DNA of 64,000 nucleotides from an uncultured Parachlamydiaceae bacterium (GTDB taxonomy: Bacteria > Chlamydiota > Chlamydiia > Chlamydiales > Parachlamydiaceae): the NCBI GenBank assembly GCA_963742415.1, contig CAVULX010000003.1, positions 320,001-384,000 of the forward strand, written 5' to 3'. Numbering within the stretch: the stretch's first letter is position 1; each line of letters begins with the position of its first letter. Shown in pieces: positions 39,713-50,661 of this stretch. The notes under the pieces were generated by a model. That model made no database searches and was not told the DNA's origin. It was given only the letters and a program-made list of their open reading frames with translations. The position numbers were made by a program, and so were the translations under genes.

Positions 39713-42700
39713 TTAGGCTCCAAAAATCCAATAAAATCACCATTTCTAGAAAATCTTACACCTCGTTGATTTGGAATTTCTATATCAATAACCTCTCCTA
39801 GTGATCTATGTGTCCAGTAAGAAACTTTAGTATCTGGATTAGTCAAAATATCGTCTAAATGATATTGGCCCTGGGCATTTTTGCTAACAATATTGCCTGT
39901 AGCCTTTGGAAAAACGCTACCAGGACGCCCTCCATGTTTATCCAGTGCTCGTCCAACTTTGGTGAGACCTCCTCGGTCCAAAACCTGACCAGCTTTGGAT
40001 AACTTATTAACACATGGCAAAGATTGTTTTGCAAGGATTTTTGTCGCACTTAATGATCCGATGTTTATCGCATGGTTTAAGCAGGGCAATTCCCCACGAA
40101 CTAAATTATTGTCAAATTGCTTCCTTAAAAGAACATTCTCAGAATATCGTTTGGTTAAATCTGGGGTAATATCTAATGCCCAATCGTAGGCATTACAGGC
40201 AAAACTAATAGGATCAACATCTTCAAAATCTAAATTATTACGACCTCCCAGACACTTATAGTCAAAATATCCAAAAATACCAAGCCGAGCATCCCTATAT
40301 GCTTCAGTAAGGCCCTTACAAGCTCTTTTCAAAAAAGATGTTTTTGGTTCATGGTGAGATTGAGAACATTCCCTTCTTTCTGATCTATCACAGCTGTCTC
40401 GATTGCGGAAATGTTCGATGATGCGGTCGGCTTCATATTCATGGAGGGCGTCGATTTCGGGGGAGAGGCCGAGCTGGTCGAAATAAGCGAGAGGGTTGTT
40501 GAGGACATAAGCATAAAGGTTGGGTCCGCCCTCTTGCGCGATGGGATCGGGGGTGATCCAGACGGAAGATGTGGGATCATAATAGCGCAAACCAAAATAG
40601 ATGAAGCCGCTTTCAGGGTCATATCGCTTGCTAGTATAGCGCCAGGGATTTAGCGAGCTATCTCGCAACTGTTGCGCAACGTCATAAATAAGCTCTTCGC
40701 CAAAGGCTGTGTAGCGATAGGTTTCGATAACAGCTCCAGAAGCATCCAGCAAGCAACTTGCATGGCCTAGATGATCATGAAGAGGAAAATAAACATTGTC
40801 ATGCAACTCCATCGCCACAGCTGGGTTTCCTCGACCGAATCCCAAAACACGCAATTCGTTAATAGCACCATCCGCCCGACATGATCCCAATTCTAGGTTG
40901 TCTACATAGAAAAAGAGGTGTTTGAACTGAAGCTGCCAGGCATCCCCTTGTTTCTTATAAAAGGTCTTGGAAAGACGTCGGTTAGCTTCATCATAGATGT
41001 AAACAACTTTAGTATTCTCACTAAAAATAGCGATCAACCTATCCAGAGCATCATACTGATACTCTACATGTCCTGAAACTACATCGGCTGTGATGCGATT
41101 GCCGTTGAGATCGTATTCATAATTTCCTTGATCGGTCTTGAGCAATTGGTTAAGAGCATTAAAGTTGTAAGAAGCTTCATCTTTTTGAATATGATTATAC
41201 AAGGAATCATTGACATACTTATGTGACACAGTTCCTGATTCTTCAATCAACTGATACAGGTCATCATAAGCATAACTATAAGCCAATTTTCCAATTGAAT
41301 CCTCGATCTCACGCACTTTCAGATGGCCTGCAAGATCTTTTTCTAAAATCTCCTCTTTCCATTGGGAAGCTTCCATCTTTCTTAAAGCCCCATCAGCCTC
41401 ATAGCTATAAGAGATCTCCCCAGCGGGATTGTGGGCTTTTAAAAGCTTCCCAATAAGATCGTACGCATCATAACAATGGTCATAGAGAAACTGCCCATCA
41501 CTCCCATAACGAACAACCTTCTTTAAATGTGCCCCTTGATACATATAGCGGATGCTTGAGCCATCCGGCAGTTGAATTTCGGTGCGCCTATTTTGCAAAT
41601 CATAAGCAAACCTTAATTCCAGACCATTGGCTTGCATCTCTTTGACAACCCTTCCTAAAGGATCATACTCTTTTTGCGTTGCGGTCTGTGAAAAGCTTTC
41701 ATGGACTGAAAGGATGTTGCCATTCGGTTAGATGGCAGCAGTTCCCATTGAGATCATAGCTATAGGCACTTTTTTTAGTGATTTGCCCATATGCATTTTT
41801 ATAAACTTCTTCCGTCTGTCTCCCTAAAGCATCATAAATTTCAAGGATGCTATTGCCATTGGGGTCGATGGTTTCTTTTGAAGGGATGGCATAGTCATAG
41901 CGGATATAAGTTACCCTTCCCATCGGGTCGGTCATCTGAACCGGCTCGTTGCGGAAGTTATAGACTGTGGAGCTGACCGCAGCTCCCTCTTCGCGAAGTT
42001 GCACCGTTTGGATTTTATTGCCTGCTTCGTCGTAGACATAGCTTGTTTGACTGTAAACAATCTCTGCTTGATCTTGGACCTTTTCTTCTACAACTTTTCC
42101 TAAGAAATCATACTGGAAATGGGTGGCTAAATAATCCGTAGCGGACGAGTATTGACGCGTTTCGGCGATGAACCCTTGCCGATCGTAAAAATGCTCTGTC
42201 CATTGCCCCTCTTTGTCTGTTCTAATGAGGCGTCCAGCTCCATCGTAGGAATAATAGGTAGTGATCCCTTCCGGATCTGTTTCGCTAGTCAGATGGAACG
42301 GATTGTAGGTGCGGCTTTCCACCGTGAGCAGTTCACCTGCGGGGGAGTAGGTCTCTTTTTTGAGCAAGCGGGCAAGATAATCGTAGTTATACAAGGTATA
42401 GATGCCATTGGCTGCGACCGATTTGCTTAGCTGCCCTTTGACCGTATATTCGAACCGCTCTTGTGTGCCATCGGGGTGGCAGACATAATAAGGCTTTCCC
42501 AGAATTGTAGAGCGGGTGGTTGCCGTATGGCCGCAAGGATCTGTCACCGAAGTGACATGCCCCAAGGGGTCGTATGTTTTAGACGCCACCGCTGTGACAC
42601 ATTTCCCCTTTTCGTTGAGAACTTCAGGAAAAATCGTTTGAACCACTCGATTGAAATCATCGTACACAAAGTGGGTGGTCTTACCGTGAATATCTGTTGT

Positions 42701-44857
42701 CGACGTGCGGTTACCAAGGAGATCATAAGTGTGAGTGGTTGTCAGCCTTTGGGAGCCCTTCTCTTCCCGGATGAGGCGGTTCATGTAATCGTAGGCATAT
42801 GTGCGGATCATCTCAGGACGCGGGCCCTGTTCACGAATCGTATTGCCGTTGCCGTCATAACTGCGCAGGATTTTGTGTCCTAAGGCGTTAGTCTCTTCGA
42901 GAAGATGCCCCATAGCGTCATACACCCAAGTCAAGGTATAGAGTTCTTGCCATTGGCCATCGTAATGGATCTGACGGATCAAATGCCCTTGATCATCGTA
43001 GGTGTTGACCAATCCCTTTAGAAGACGCTCTTTACCTGTTGCCAAGTTGAGGTATTTTTCTCTGACCTCGCAAGGCAAGCCTACAGGAAAAGTCGAAGTA
43101 TTTTTTATCCTGCGGATTTTTCTCTCAGTAACCCCTGTCAGATTGTCTCTATCTAAGGTGGTGCCATCATCGCTGATTTCCAGGGTCACGGCTCCATTTT
43201 CATCGTAAGAGAAAAATTCCCGCATGCGGATATTTCCCACATCCATCGTATAACGGGCTTCAAGCAGATCGGTGCCCTCGATATAACTGTATTTGAAATT
43301 ATGGGGTTTGTCGGGGCTGTTCTCATAACGGACAAGATTTCTGTCGTCATTGGTGTATAGACGGCCGATGTAAAGGTGATCGCCCCCATTTTCGATCCCT
43401 TTCCCTTGTGGATCTAAAGCCACAGCCGGCTGTTCTTTTCCCGTGAGATTGCCGTAGAGATGTTCATGTAAAACATTTCCCCGGTCATCATATGCATAAT
43501 TGCGGCAAAAGAGGTTGCTTCCTTTGGAAGCAAAAACTTTGGACATGAGGTTGCCGCAATCGGGAGTGCCGGGTTCACCCCAGACGAACCGCTCCTCAGC
43601 ATAAGAAACACGGGGAGAGGTGCCTGCAAAATGTTCAATCTTGGTCAGCCGTTCCCGAGAGCTATAGTGGTAGATTTTGCATCGATCGTAGGCATCATAG
43701 ACTTCGGTGCGCATCGAAGATAGGTCATACAAAAAGCGGTAGATCGGAATCGGCGCCCCATCGGTGCCTGCCGGGGCTCTGAGCTGCATGACACGACCTA
43801 CAACATCCCCTTGAGCGTGGGTGATAGCGTTGGGCCAGACCCGGTTTCCCCCTTCGCTGAAGTAACCGATCTCCAAGCAGCGCCCTTCGGGAAGATCCTT
43901 GCGGATCATTTTTCGGCGCCCAGGATGATGGGTGCGGATGGAGGCATAGGTGTAAGACTCTTCAGGAGATTGCGTTCTCTTTGCTCTGGTCAGGATCCAA
44001 TGAGTGCCTTTTTCCCATGTGTAAGAGAAATCCTCGCCCCAAGATTCATATTTCACAGGGCGATACTCCAGCTGAGCTAGCTGCTTGTCATTTTGCAGCA
44101 CAGAAAAGATGCCGACATGGTCAGCCCCTTTGGTTAGCACGAACTGGAGCTGATTTATGACTTTGCCTTGGCTATTTAAAGCCTGAATCTGATCGAAGTA
44201 ACTGTAGTTAAAGTTTTTGTATGAATCATCCTTAAAAGTGTAGGTCAATTGATTCCGGTTGGGCTTTACCGTCTTTTTGATGTAGCGGGTAGAATGGCTG
44301 TTAGAGGGAGTGGAAAAATAGTGTGCTGTCCCTGTGCCCTCTTTAGCAATGGTCTCTCTTTTTGCAATCGCGAGCCGCTTGTTTTTAAGGTGGTAGCGGC
44401 CGCTCATCACCCCTCTTGGGGTATTGGTGACCCCATTATGGAGAGCTTCCGACTTGACGCCGAGAAAGGCGTTGCCCCGATAGTGATCCCCTTCAAAAGG
44501 AAATTCGGCCCCAAAAGCATCCCGCTAGACGATGGTGATGGGATTTCCGCCACTCCCTTCTCCGTATAGGCTGATGTCGTGGTTAAAGCTCCAGGCTGTA
44601 AAGAAAGTTCTATTTCGCTCATCGGAGCTGCAGTAGAAACGTTGCAGGGTTAAAGGCTCGATGCCAGGCAGTACTACATCGGTTTGCATGTCGACGTAGT
44701 CGCCGGTGATCACATTGACGGAATGGTAGACCAGACTGTTTGGATCCCCTTCCAAGCTTGTCAGGGCATTTTCAGCGCCGAAGAGGGTTCTGTCGTCGTT
44801 TTGGCTAAAAGCTAAGGCATGGATAAACAGAAGGGCAAGTAGACAAATCGGTTTCAT
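39709..44857 (-). pseudogene. Rhs/YD-repeat polymorphic toxin, disrupted (in-frame TAG at 44525-44527; frameshift near 41700-41730)
   Basis: Signal peptide plus DUF6531-like VNVITGDY...LTLQRFY, many YD repeats, core end RYYDP...PDPI...NLYAYVLNNPLAYFDQLGL, and an AT-richer C-terminal tip GRALDKH...GFLEP. Confidence 0.88.
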
Positions 44858-44976
44858 GTGTATTTTCCCATTTGGATAGTTTCGTTATGCAAATGGGCAG
44901 GATGTTAGCGGAAAAGGGTCTCTAAAGCAAGATATTTTTAAAAAAAATAAAGACCTGCAATGATACTCAGATAGAT

Positions 44977-45801
44977 TTAGACTAATAGCAGGCTAAGAAT
45001 ATAGGCAATTCCCGCGACTAGGGCGATCGTTGCTCCGCCGGGCCAATCTAAATAATAGGCTGAAGCGGTTCCAATAAAACAAAAAATACAACTCAGCACA
45101 ACCGCAATTAACATAATGCGGGAAAGACGGGAGGTAAAAACGTTGGCGATAGCTGCAGGGATTGTCAACATGGTCATCACCAATAATATTCCAACCACCT
45201 GAATCAACAAAACAATCGATACTGCTGTAAGAACTAATAACAATAAATAAAGCGCATTAACAGGAACCCCTTGCAAATGAGCTTGCTCCTCATCAAAACA
45301 GATCGCTAAAAACCTCTTATGCAAACAAGCCACCGTGCCTAAAATAAAAAGATCTAAACCAAACAGAATCGATAAATCTGTAGGAGTAACCCACAAGATG
45401 TTGCCCACTAAAAAGTTCGTCAATTCCACGTTATATCCAGGAGTTTGAGAAATAAATAGCACCCCGATTGCCATTCCAATCGCCCAAAGGGCTGCGATGA
45501 CGGAATCTTCCCTTTGGCTATAATATAAGTGGATCCACCCGATAATTAAAGCCGATAAGACACCTGCTATGAGAGCTCCGTAAAGAGGATTCATCCAATC
45601 CACCCCTTTAGCACGCTCCAACCATAAACAGATGCCGATGCCGCTAAGGACAGAATGGGAAATGCTGCCGCTAATGAAGCCGATCCTTTTCACGACCACA
45701 TAAGAACCTATGATACCGCTCACAACGGAGGCTGCAAGGCCGGCAATAACGGCTGCTAGGAGAAGAGGGTTGGTGCGGAGGGCTTCAAAAAATGAGATCA
45801 T
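44977..45801 (-). CDS. Zn/Mn ABC transporter permease (ZnuB-like)
   Basis: Multi-TM, SISHSVLSG, FDEEQA..GV, VGILLV..LTIPAA. Confidence 0.9.
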   Translation of the reverse strand: MISFFEALRTNPLLLAAVIAGLAASVVSGIIGSYVVVKRIGFISGSISHSVLSGIGICLWLERAKGVDWMNPLYGALIAGVLSALIIGWIHLYYSQREDSVIAALWAIGMAIGVLFISQTPGYNVELTNFLVGNILWVTPTDLSILFGLDLFILGTVACLHKRFLAICFDEEQAHLQGVPVNALYLLLLVLTAVSIVLLIQVVGILLVMTMLTIPAAIANVFTSRLSRIMLIAVVLSCIFCFIGTASAYYLDWPGGATIALVAGIAYILSLLLV

Positions 45802-46553
45802 CGTGGGAACGTTTTACCGTGTTTGTTAATTCCAATCTGCAAGGGGATATGATAAAGGCCAAGCGCAAAATGTTCGCATATCTCTTGAGGGAACAAGGAG
45901 ATGACCCCGCCTTGAACGCATAAAACCCTTTCCATCATATCGATCGCCACATTTAAATCATGGGTAACCATCATGATCGTCATCTTGCCATGCAACTCTT
46001 TCAATATCCGAAATATATCGGCGACAGCCTGCGGATCAACGCTAGCTGTAGGCTCATCGAGAAGCAATAATTTGGGATTGGATACCAAAGCCCTCGCAAT
46101 GAGGGCCCGCTGAGCTTGACCACCTGACAAATTTCCAAAAGCATGGTTTTGAAAGGCACGCATCCCCACCTGATCTAAAGCATCATATGCAGCTTGATAA
46201 TCCTCGCGGCTGTAGACCCCGTACCAGGGGAGCCTTGAAAGACGCCCTGACAAGACCAATTCCAAAACCGAAATGGGAAACTGCCTATCGTAATGCAAAT
46301 TTTGAGGAACATAGGCAATCTGGCCTTGGGAGATGGAAGGGGGTTTTCCAAAAACCATCAAACTCCCTTTTTGGGGCCGGATAAATCCCATGATCAGTTT
46401 CAATAAAGTTGTTTTTCCCCCGCCGTTAGGACCGATAAGGCCGATGAGTTCGCCTGGATTAACCTGAAAAGAGACATCCCTCAGGACAGGTTCATCCTGA
46501 TAGGCAAAATAAACATGTTCAAACGTAATAATGGGGGGCCCTTGAGTTGTCAT
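45798..46553 (-). CDS. Zn/Mn ABC transporter ATPase (ZnuC-like)
   Basis: GPNGGGKTT, LSGGQAQR, LLLDEP, VTHD. Confidence 0.92.
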   Translation of the reverse strand: MTTQGPPIITFEHVYFAYQDEPVLRDVSFQVNPGELIGLIGPNGGGKTTLLKLIMGFIRPQKGSLMVFGKPPSISQGQIAYVPQNLHYDRQFPISVLELVLSGRLSRLPWYGVYSREDYQAAYDALDQVGMRAFQNHAFGNLSGGQAQRALIARALVSNPKLLLLDEPTASVDPQAVADIFRILKELHGKMTIMMVTHDLNVAIDMMERVLCVQGGVISLFPQEICEHFALGLYHIPLQIGINKHGKTFPR

Positions 46554-46562
46554 AAATATGAG

Positions 46563-47447
46563 TTATTCATCCTGTTCCGCAAACTGATGGGCAATCTCCC
46601 GCATGCTATCGAAATAATGCTCGGAATAGGGATCAAGATTGACCACCTTCCCTCCTATCTCATCGGCAATCAAGCGAGCCCCTTTGTTATTATACTGGAT
46701 TTGAGTAAAAATCGTTTTGATATTGTTTTTGCGCGCATCATCAAGAATGCGGGTCAATTGCCGCGGGGTTGGATCTTTCCCCTCGAATTCAATGGAAATT
46801 TGCTTCAAATCGTAATCCCGGCAAAAGTAAGCGTACGCGGGATGGGAGACCATAATCACCCGTTTGTTCAGGGGTTTTAAAGTAGAGGAAATTTCTTGAT
46901 CTAATTCATCGAGTTCTTTGAGGAGGGTTTGGAGATTTTTTTCATACATAACCCGGTTTTCAGGATAAAGAGAAGATAAGGCTAGAGCTATCGTTTTGGC
47001 TTGAATTTTGGCTTGGCGCGGACTCAGCCAGATATGGAGATCTTGACAATGGGGATGAGAACATCTAGGGGAATGGCCAGCCCCTGAATCTTCTGTGATG
47101 AGTTTAACTCCCTCTTTTAAGTTAACTAGCTGCAGGCTTGGATGATGGCTTTGAATCGCTCTGACAGCCCGAGCTTCGAAAGATTCCCCGATGGTGAACC
47201 AGAGATCGGCTTTACTTGCTGCGAGCATCTCTCTAGGGGTGGGTTCATAGGTGTGGGCGCTGGCTCCTGCAGGCACCATCAATCCAACTTTGACTGTGTC
47301 TCCAGCGATTTTTTCCACAAAAAATTTATAAGGGGCCACACTCACCAGCACATAATGTGATAATGGAGGAGGAGTTTCTTCTCCAGCAAGAGGTAATGCT
47401 CCGCAAATCAGCAAAAAATAAAAAAAAAGGGATCGATAACTTATCAT
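46563..47447 (-). CDS. Zn/Mn ABC transporter substrate-binding protein (ZnuA-like)
   Basis: Signal peptide, HTYEPTP, DLHIWLSP, HPAYAYF. Confidence 0.9.
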   Translation of the reverse strand: MISYRSLFFYFLLICGALPLAGEETPPPLSHYVLVSVAPYKFFVEKIAGDTVKVGLMVPAGASAHTYEPTPREMLAASKADLWFTIGESFEARAVRAIQSHHPSLQLVNLKEGVKLITEDSGAGHSPRCSHPHCQDLHIWLSPRQAKIQAKTIALALSSLYPENRVMYEKNLQTLLKELDELDQEISSTLKPLNKRVIMVSHPAYAYFCRDYDLKQISIEFEGKDPTPRQLTRILDDARKNNIKTIFTQIQYNNKGARLIADEIGGKVVNLDPYSEHYFDSMREIAHQFAEQDE

Positions 47448-47609
47448 TTCTTAGAAATAAAACGGCTATTTTAAGGTATAACCATCATGATGGAACGGGT
47501 TTTTTTTTTCAATGGTTGTCCCCTTGCATTTCGGTTTTTCACCACATGCTTTACACTTTTCTTTATTCATTTTATTTTCTAAATTCAATTAATGAAATAG
47601 GAGTTTAAT

Positions 47610-48545
47610 ATGTTACATATTATAGATCTTTATCCAGAAATATCGAAATGGTCAACATCAACAGATTTATCATTAGAGAAGATCAGCGAAACCGATAAAC
47701 TAATTGGAATAATTCTTGAGAATCAGAAGCCAAATTGGTCTGATTTAAGGAAAATTCAAGTAAGTTTACAAAATTGCTTAAAATCTGAACAACGATCATC
47801 AACCGAAAACGAGAAAATAAATCAAATATTAAAAAAAATATTTAACATATACGAAAAGAAAGCGCAGACAGGAGAATCCTTATATCAATTAGGTTATATG
47901 TGTGATGAGGGATATGGCGTTACCCAAGATTATGCAAAAGCGATGGAGTGGTATCAAAAAGCTGCTGATCAAGGTAATACTTATGCAATGCTCGATATCG
48001 GATTCTTTTATTACAATGGCCACGGGGTGGAACAGTATTACGCGAAAGCGATGGAATGGTATCGAAAAGCTGCTGATAAAGGTAATGACTATGCTACGTA
48101 TAATATCGGAGTGTTGTATGAAAATGGCCAAGGGGTTGAGCAAGATTATTCGAAAGCGATGGAGTGGTATCGAAAAGCTGCTGATCGAGGTAATGTCTAT
48201 GCTATGAATAATATCGGAATTTTGTATGAAAATGGCCAAGGGGTTGAGCAAGATTATTCGAAAGCAATGGAATGGTATCAAAAAGCTGCTGATCGAAGCC
48301 ACGCCACTGCTATGCATAATATCGGAATTTTGTATGAAAATGGCCAGGGGGTGAATCAGGATTATTCGAAAGCGATGGAATGGTATCAAAAAGCTGCTGA
48401 AAATGAGCATATTCAAGCTATGTATAAACTTGGGAATATGTTTTCTCGTGGAATCGGAACGAAACAAAGCGAAATAGATGCAGCAGAATGGTACCGTAAG
48501 GCCGCTGAAAATGGTAGTCGTAAATTGCAACGAAGAAGTCTTTAA
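47610..48545 (+). CDS. Sel1-like repeat protein
   Basis: About six 36-aa repeats AM.NIG.LYENGQGVEQDYSKAMEWY.KAA, near-identical at the DNA level (108-bp units). Confidence 0.92.
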   Translation: MLHIIDLYPEISKWSTSTDLSLEKISETDKLIGIILENQKPNWSDLRKIQVSLQNCLKSEQRSSTENEKINQILKKIFNIYEKKAQTGESLYQLGYMCDEGYGVTQDYAKAMEWYQKAADQGNTYAMLDIGFFYYNGHGVEQYYAKAMEWYRKAADKGNDYATYNIGVLYENGQGVEQDYSKAMEWYRKAADRGNVYAMNNIGILYENGQGVEQDYSKAMEWYQKAADRSHATAMHNIGILYENGQGVNQDYSKAMEWYQKAAENEHIQAMYKLGNMFSRGIGTKQSEIDAAEWYRKAAENGSRKLQRRSL

Positions 48546-48738
48546 AAACCCTACAGAGGGTTCTGAGAAATATGATAAAGATATGCAAGATCAGCCAAGA
48601 TAAGTGGGATAGATTTTATTTTGGAAAACTTAGATTCCTCTACTTCCTTATCTTATTACACTAGCTATCAGTTTTTCTTGCCCTTTAAAACGAAAATGTC
48701 TATGATTTTGCCCTTGACGGCTCTGTCAAATTCGCTAG

Positions 48739-48826
48739 GGAAGAGTGTCCGAGTGGCTTAAGGAGCACGCTTGGAAAGCGTGTGTACGCTAAACACGTAC
48801 CGTGGGTTCGAATCCCACCTCTTCCG
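48739..48826 (+). tRNA. tRNA-Ser(GGA)
   Basis: GGAAGAGTGTCCGAGTGG...CACGC TT GGA AA GCGTG, long variable arm, GGTTCGAATCC, CTCTTCCG. Confidence 0.95.
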
Positions 48827-48954
48827 ATTTTCCCACCACCTTACACTATCGGAATAATGTAACGGGCCCCAGCACCCTCTTCCACGCAAAGTGAAAATTG
48901 TGTCAATTGGTTCATTGATTCAATTAATTGGTTCATTTTTTCATTTGTGAATCA

Positions 48955-50049
48955 TCAATTAAACAATTTATGATATTCAGCTGATAACTTATATTTTCGT
49001 CCTTTATTTGATGGATTAACTATAGTTAAGAAGCCACTTTCAACCCAACTTGCACAGAGGGCTGCACTTGTACGTGGTTTAAATCCGAATAATTCGCCGA
49101 TTTGCCGGCTAGTAATTATTTCAAATTCTTGGAATAATCCAAGTGCTTTGCGTTGTTTGGGATCAAGTTTCCTAATTAGAGCGCTTTGATCTGGTGAATC
49201 TTGAGCTTTAGCTTCATCCATGCGTTTCAAAACATTTTCAAATGAAACAGTCATCCCATCCACAAAATATTCAACCCATTTTGTGATATCTGCTTCCGCG
49301 CGACCCATATAATAATTATGAGATTCTCCGACACTAATTGCTTCGTAGTAAGCACCTAGATTCCTAGCATAATATTCTTCTAAAGAATAGAGTCCTTTTA
49401 GATCATACCCCCCTAAATGTAGAATCAAAGTGGTGAGTAATCTAGCCGTTCTACCGTTACCATCATAATAAGGGTGAATGGTTGCAAACTGATAGTGGGC
49501 AATTCCTGCAATAATAGGACAAGGTAGTAACTCAGCATTTTTATTAATCCAAGCTACCATACCGGTCATCAAACTTTTCACGTCTTTAGCCTCGGGAGGC
49601 ATATAGACGATTACTTTTGTTCTACTATCTCGAATAACATTTTGACCATCCCTATATGCAGTTGGTTTAGCATTTTTTTTGCCATTAGCCATAACAAGTG
49701 CGTGAAGCGTCTGAATCATTTTGTCAGTGATGTTGGCACCGTGTGCTGCCCATTTTTCTACTTGAGTTAATGCAGCATAATAGCCTTTTACTTCATGCTC
49801 ATCCCGTTCACGCCCTGGAAAGTGGCCTTGATGTTTTAAAACTACTTCAACTTGATCTGGATCAAGCCTATTTCCTTCAATCATTGTGGAATAATGGGTG
49901 GTATAAAGACGTGCTGTTTCTCTTAAAGAACTAAGAACTGTTGGCGTTAAAGGTAAGTGCAATATTTTTTGTTTTGCTGCCTCAATGCGAATCAGACAAT
50001 TCATGGTTTTTGATGAAATGGCATAATTTGGCGTAAAATTTATCGGCAT
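48955..50049 (-). CDS. Fic-domain protein with a C-terminal wHTH
   Basis: HPYYDGNGRTARL Fic motif; N-terminal STMIEGN inhibitory-helix-type motif. Confidence 0.92.
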   Translation of the reverse strand: MPINFTPNYAISSKTMNCLIRIEAAKQKILHLPLTPTVLSSLRETARLYTTHYSTMIEGNRLDPDQVEVVLKHQGHFPGRERDEHEVKGYYAALTQVEKWAAHGANITDKMIQTLHALVMANGKKNAKPTAYRDGQNVIRDSRTKVIVYMPPEAKDVKSLMTGMVAWINKNAELLPCPIIAGIAHYQFATIHPYYDGNGRTARLLTTLILHLGGYDLKGLYSLEEYYARNLGAYYEAISVGESHNYYMGRAEADITKWVEYFVDGMTVSFENVLKRMDEAKAQDSPDQSALIRKLDPKQRKALGLFQEFEIITSRQIGELFGFKPRTSAALCASWVESGFLTIVNPSNKGRKYKLSAEYHKLFN

Positions 50050-50169
50050 ATTAATGGCTCTTTATCTGCATTAGCTAAATCTAAATTATGCAGATAAAAT
50101 GCAGATAAAACAATATTTTCTTTATCATCAAGAGACGAACATTTAAGAAATAATTCACAAATTCTCCAA

Positions 50170-50314
50170 TACCCAACAAAAAATCTGCTCGTGATAAAGC
50201 GCTTACTATTTTATTATTCCACTTGAATATAGGTGGCAAGGGATTTGTTATAAACGCTTTATATCCACTAGGAAATTTTATAATTTTTCCCGCAGGCGAT
50301 TATATTATGTCCAT
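50170..50314 (-). pseudogene. N-terminal relic of a second Fic-family gene
   Basis: Reads MDII*SPAGKIIKFPSGYKAFITNPLPP...LSRADFLLG, resembling the Fic_N 'AF.P.PLPP...LS.AD..LG' start. Contains an internal stop. Confidence 0.55.
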
Positions 50315-50345
50315 ACTCATTCCTTTTTGGCTATGATCACAGACT

Positions 50346-50395
50346 AAACCTTTGTTATTATCGAAAATGTCAATTTTCGATAATAACAAAGGTTT
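50346..50395. repeat. Perfect 23-bp inverted repeat with a 4-nt loop
   Basis: AAACCTTTGTTATTATCGAAAAT-GTCA-ATTTTCGATAATAACAAAGGTTT. Confidence 0.85.
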
Positions 50396-50661
50396 CTGTC
50401 ATCACCTACGAGAATAAGGCTGGCTATTATTCTCGAATTCTTTCCTTGTCGATAATAACGCCCAATCTGCTAGGCGTTCTTACTATCCGCGAAGACGAAA
50501 CCGCAAGATTGAGAGACATACGCCGGATTGATTGACCTGCTGAAATAACCTTAGTGTCATGAAAAAAGAGAAATCAAAAGACTTAATGAATGTAAATACT
50601 ATCGAAAAAGGCCATCCGACGGTTTTCATTTGGATCTTTAGTGGCCATTTTAATGAGGCGA

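Noticed and set aside
44525-44527. Stop-codon readthrough or recoding of the Rhs TAG
   Set aside because: TAG terminates ordinary genes in this window (e.g. 2475, 30729), no suppressor tRNA is seen, and the gene has a second lesion.
47889-48530. 213-aa antisense ORF and 101-aa alternate-frame ORF with repeats
   Set aside because: Shadows of the Sel1 repeat gene.
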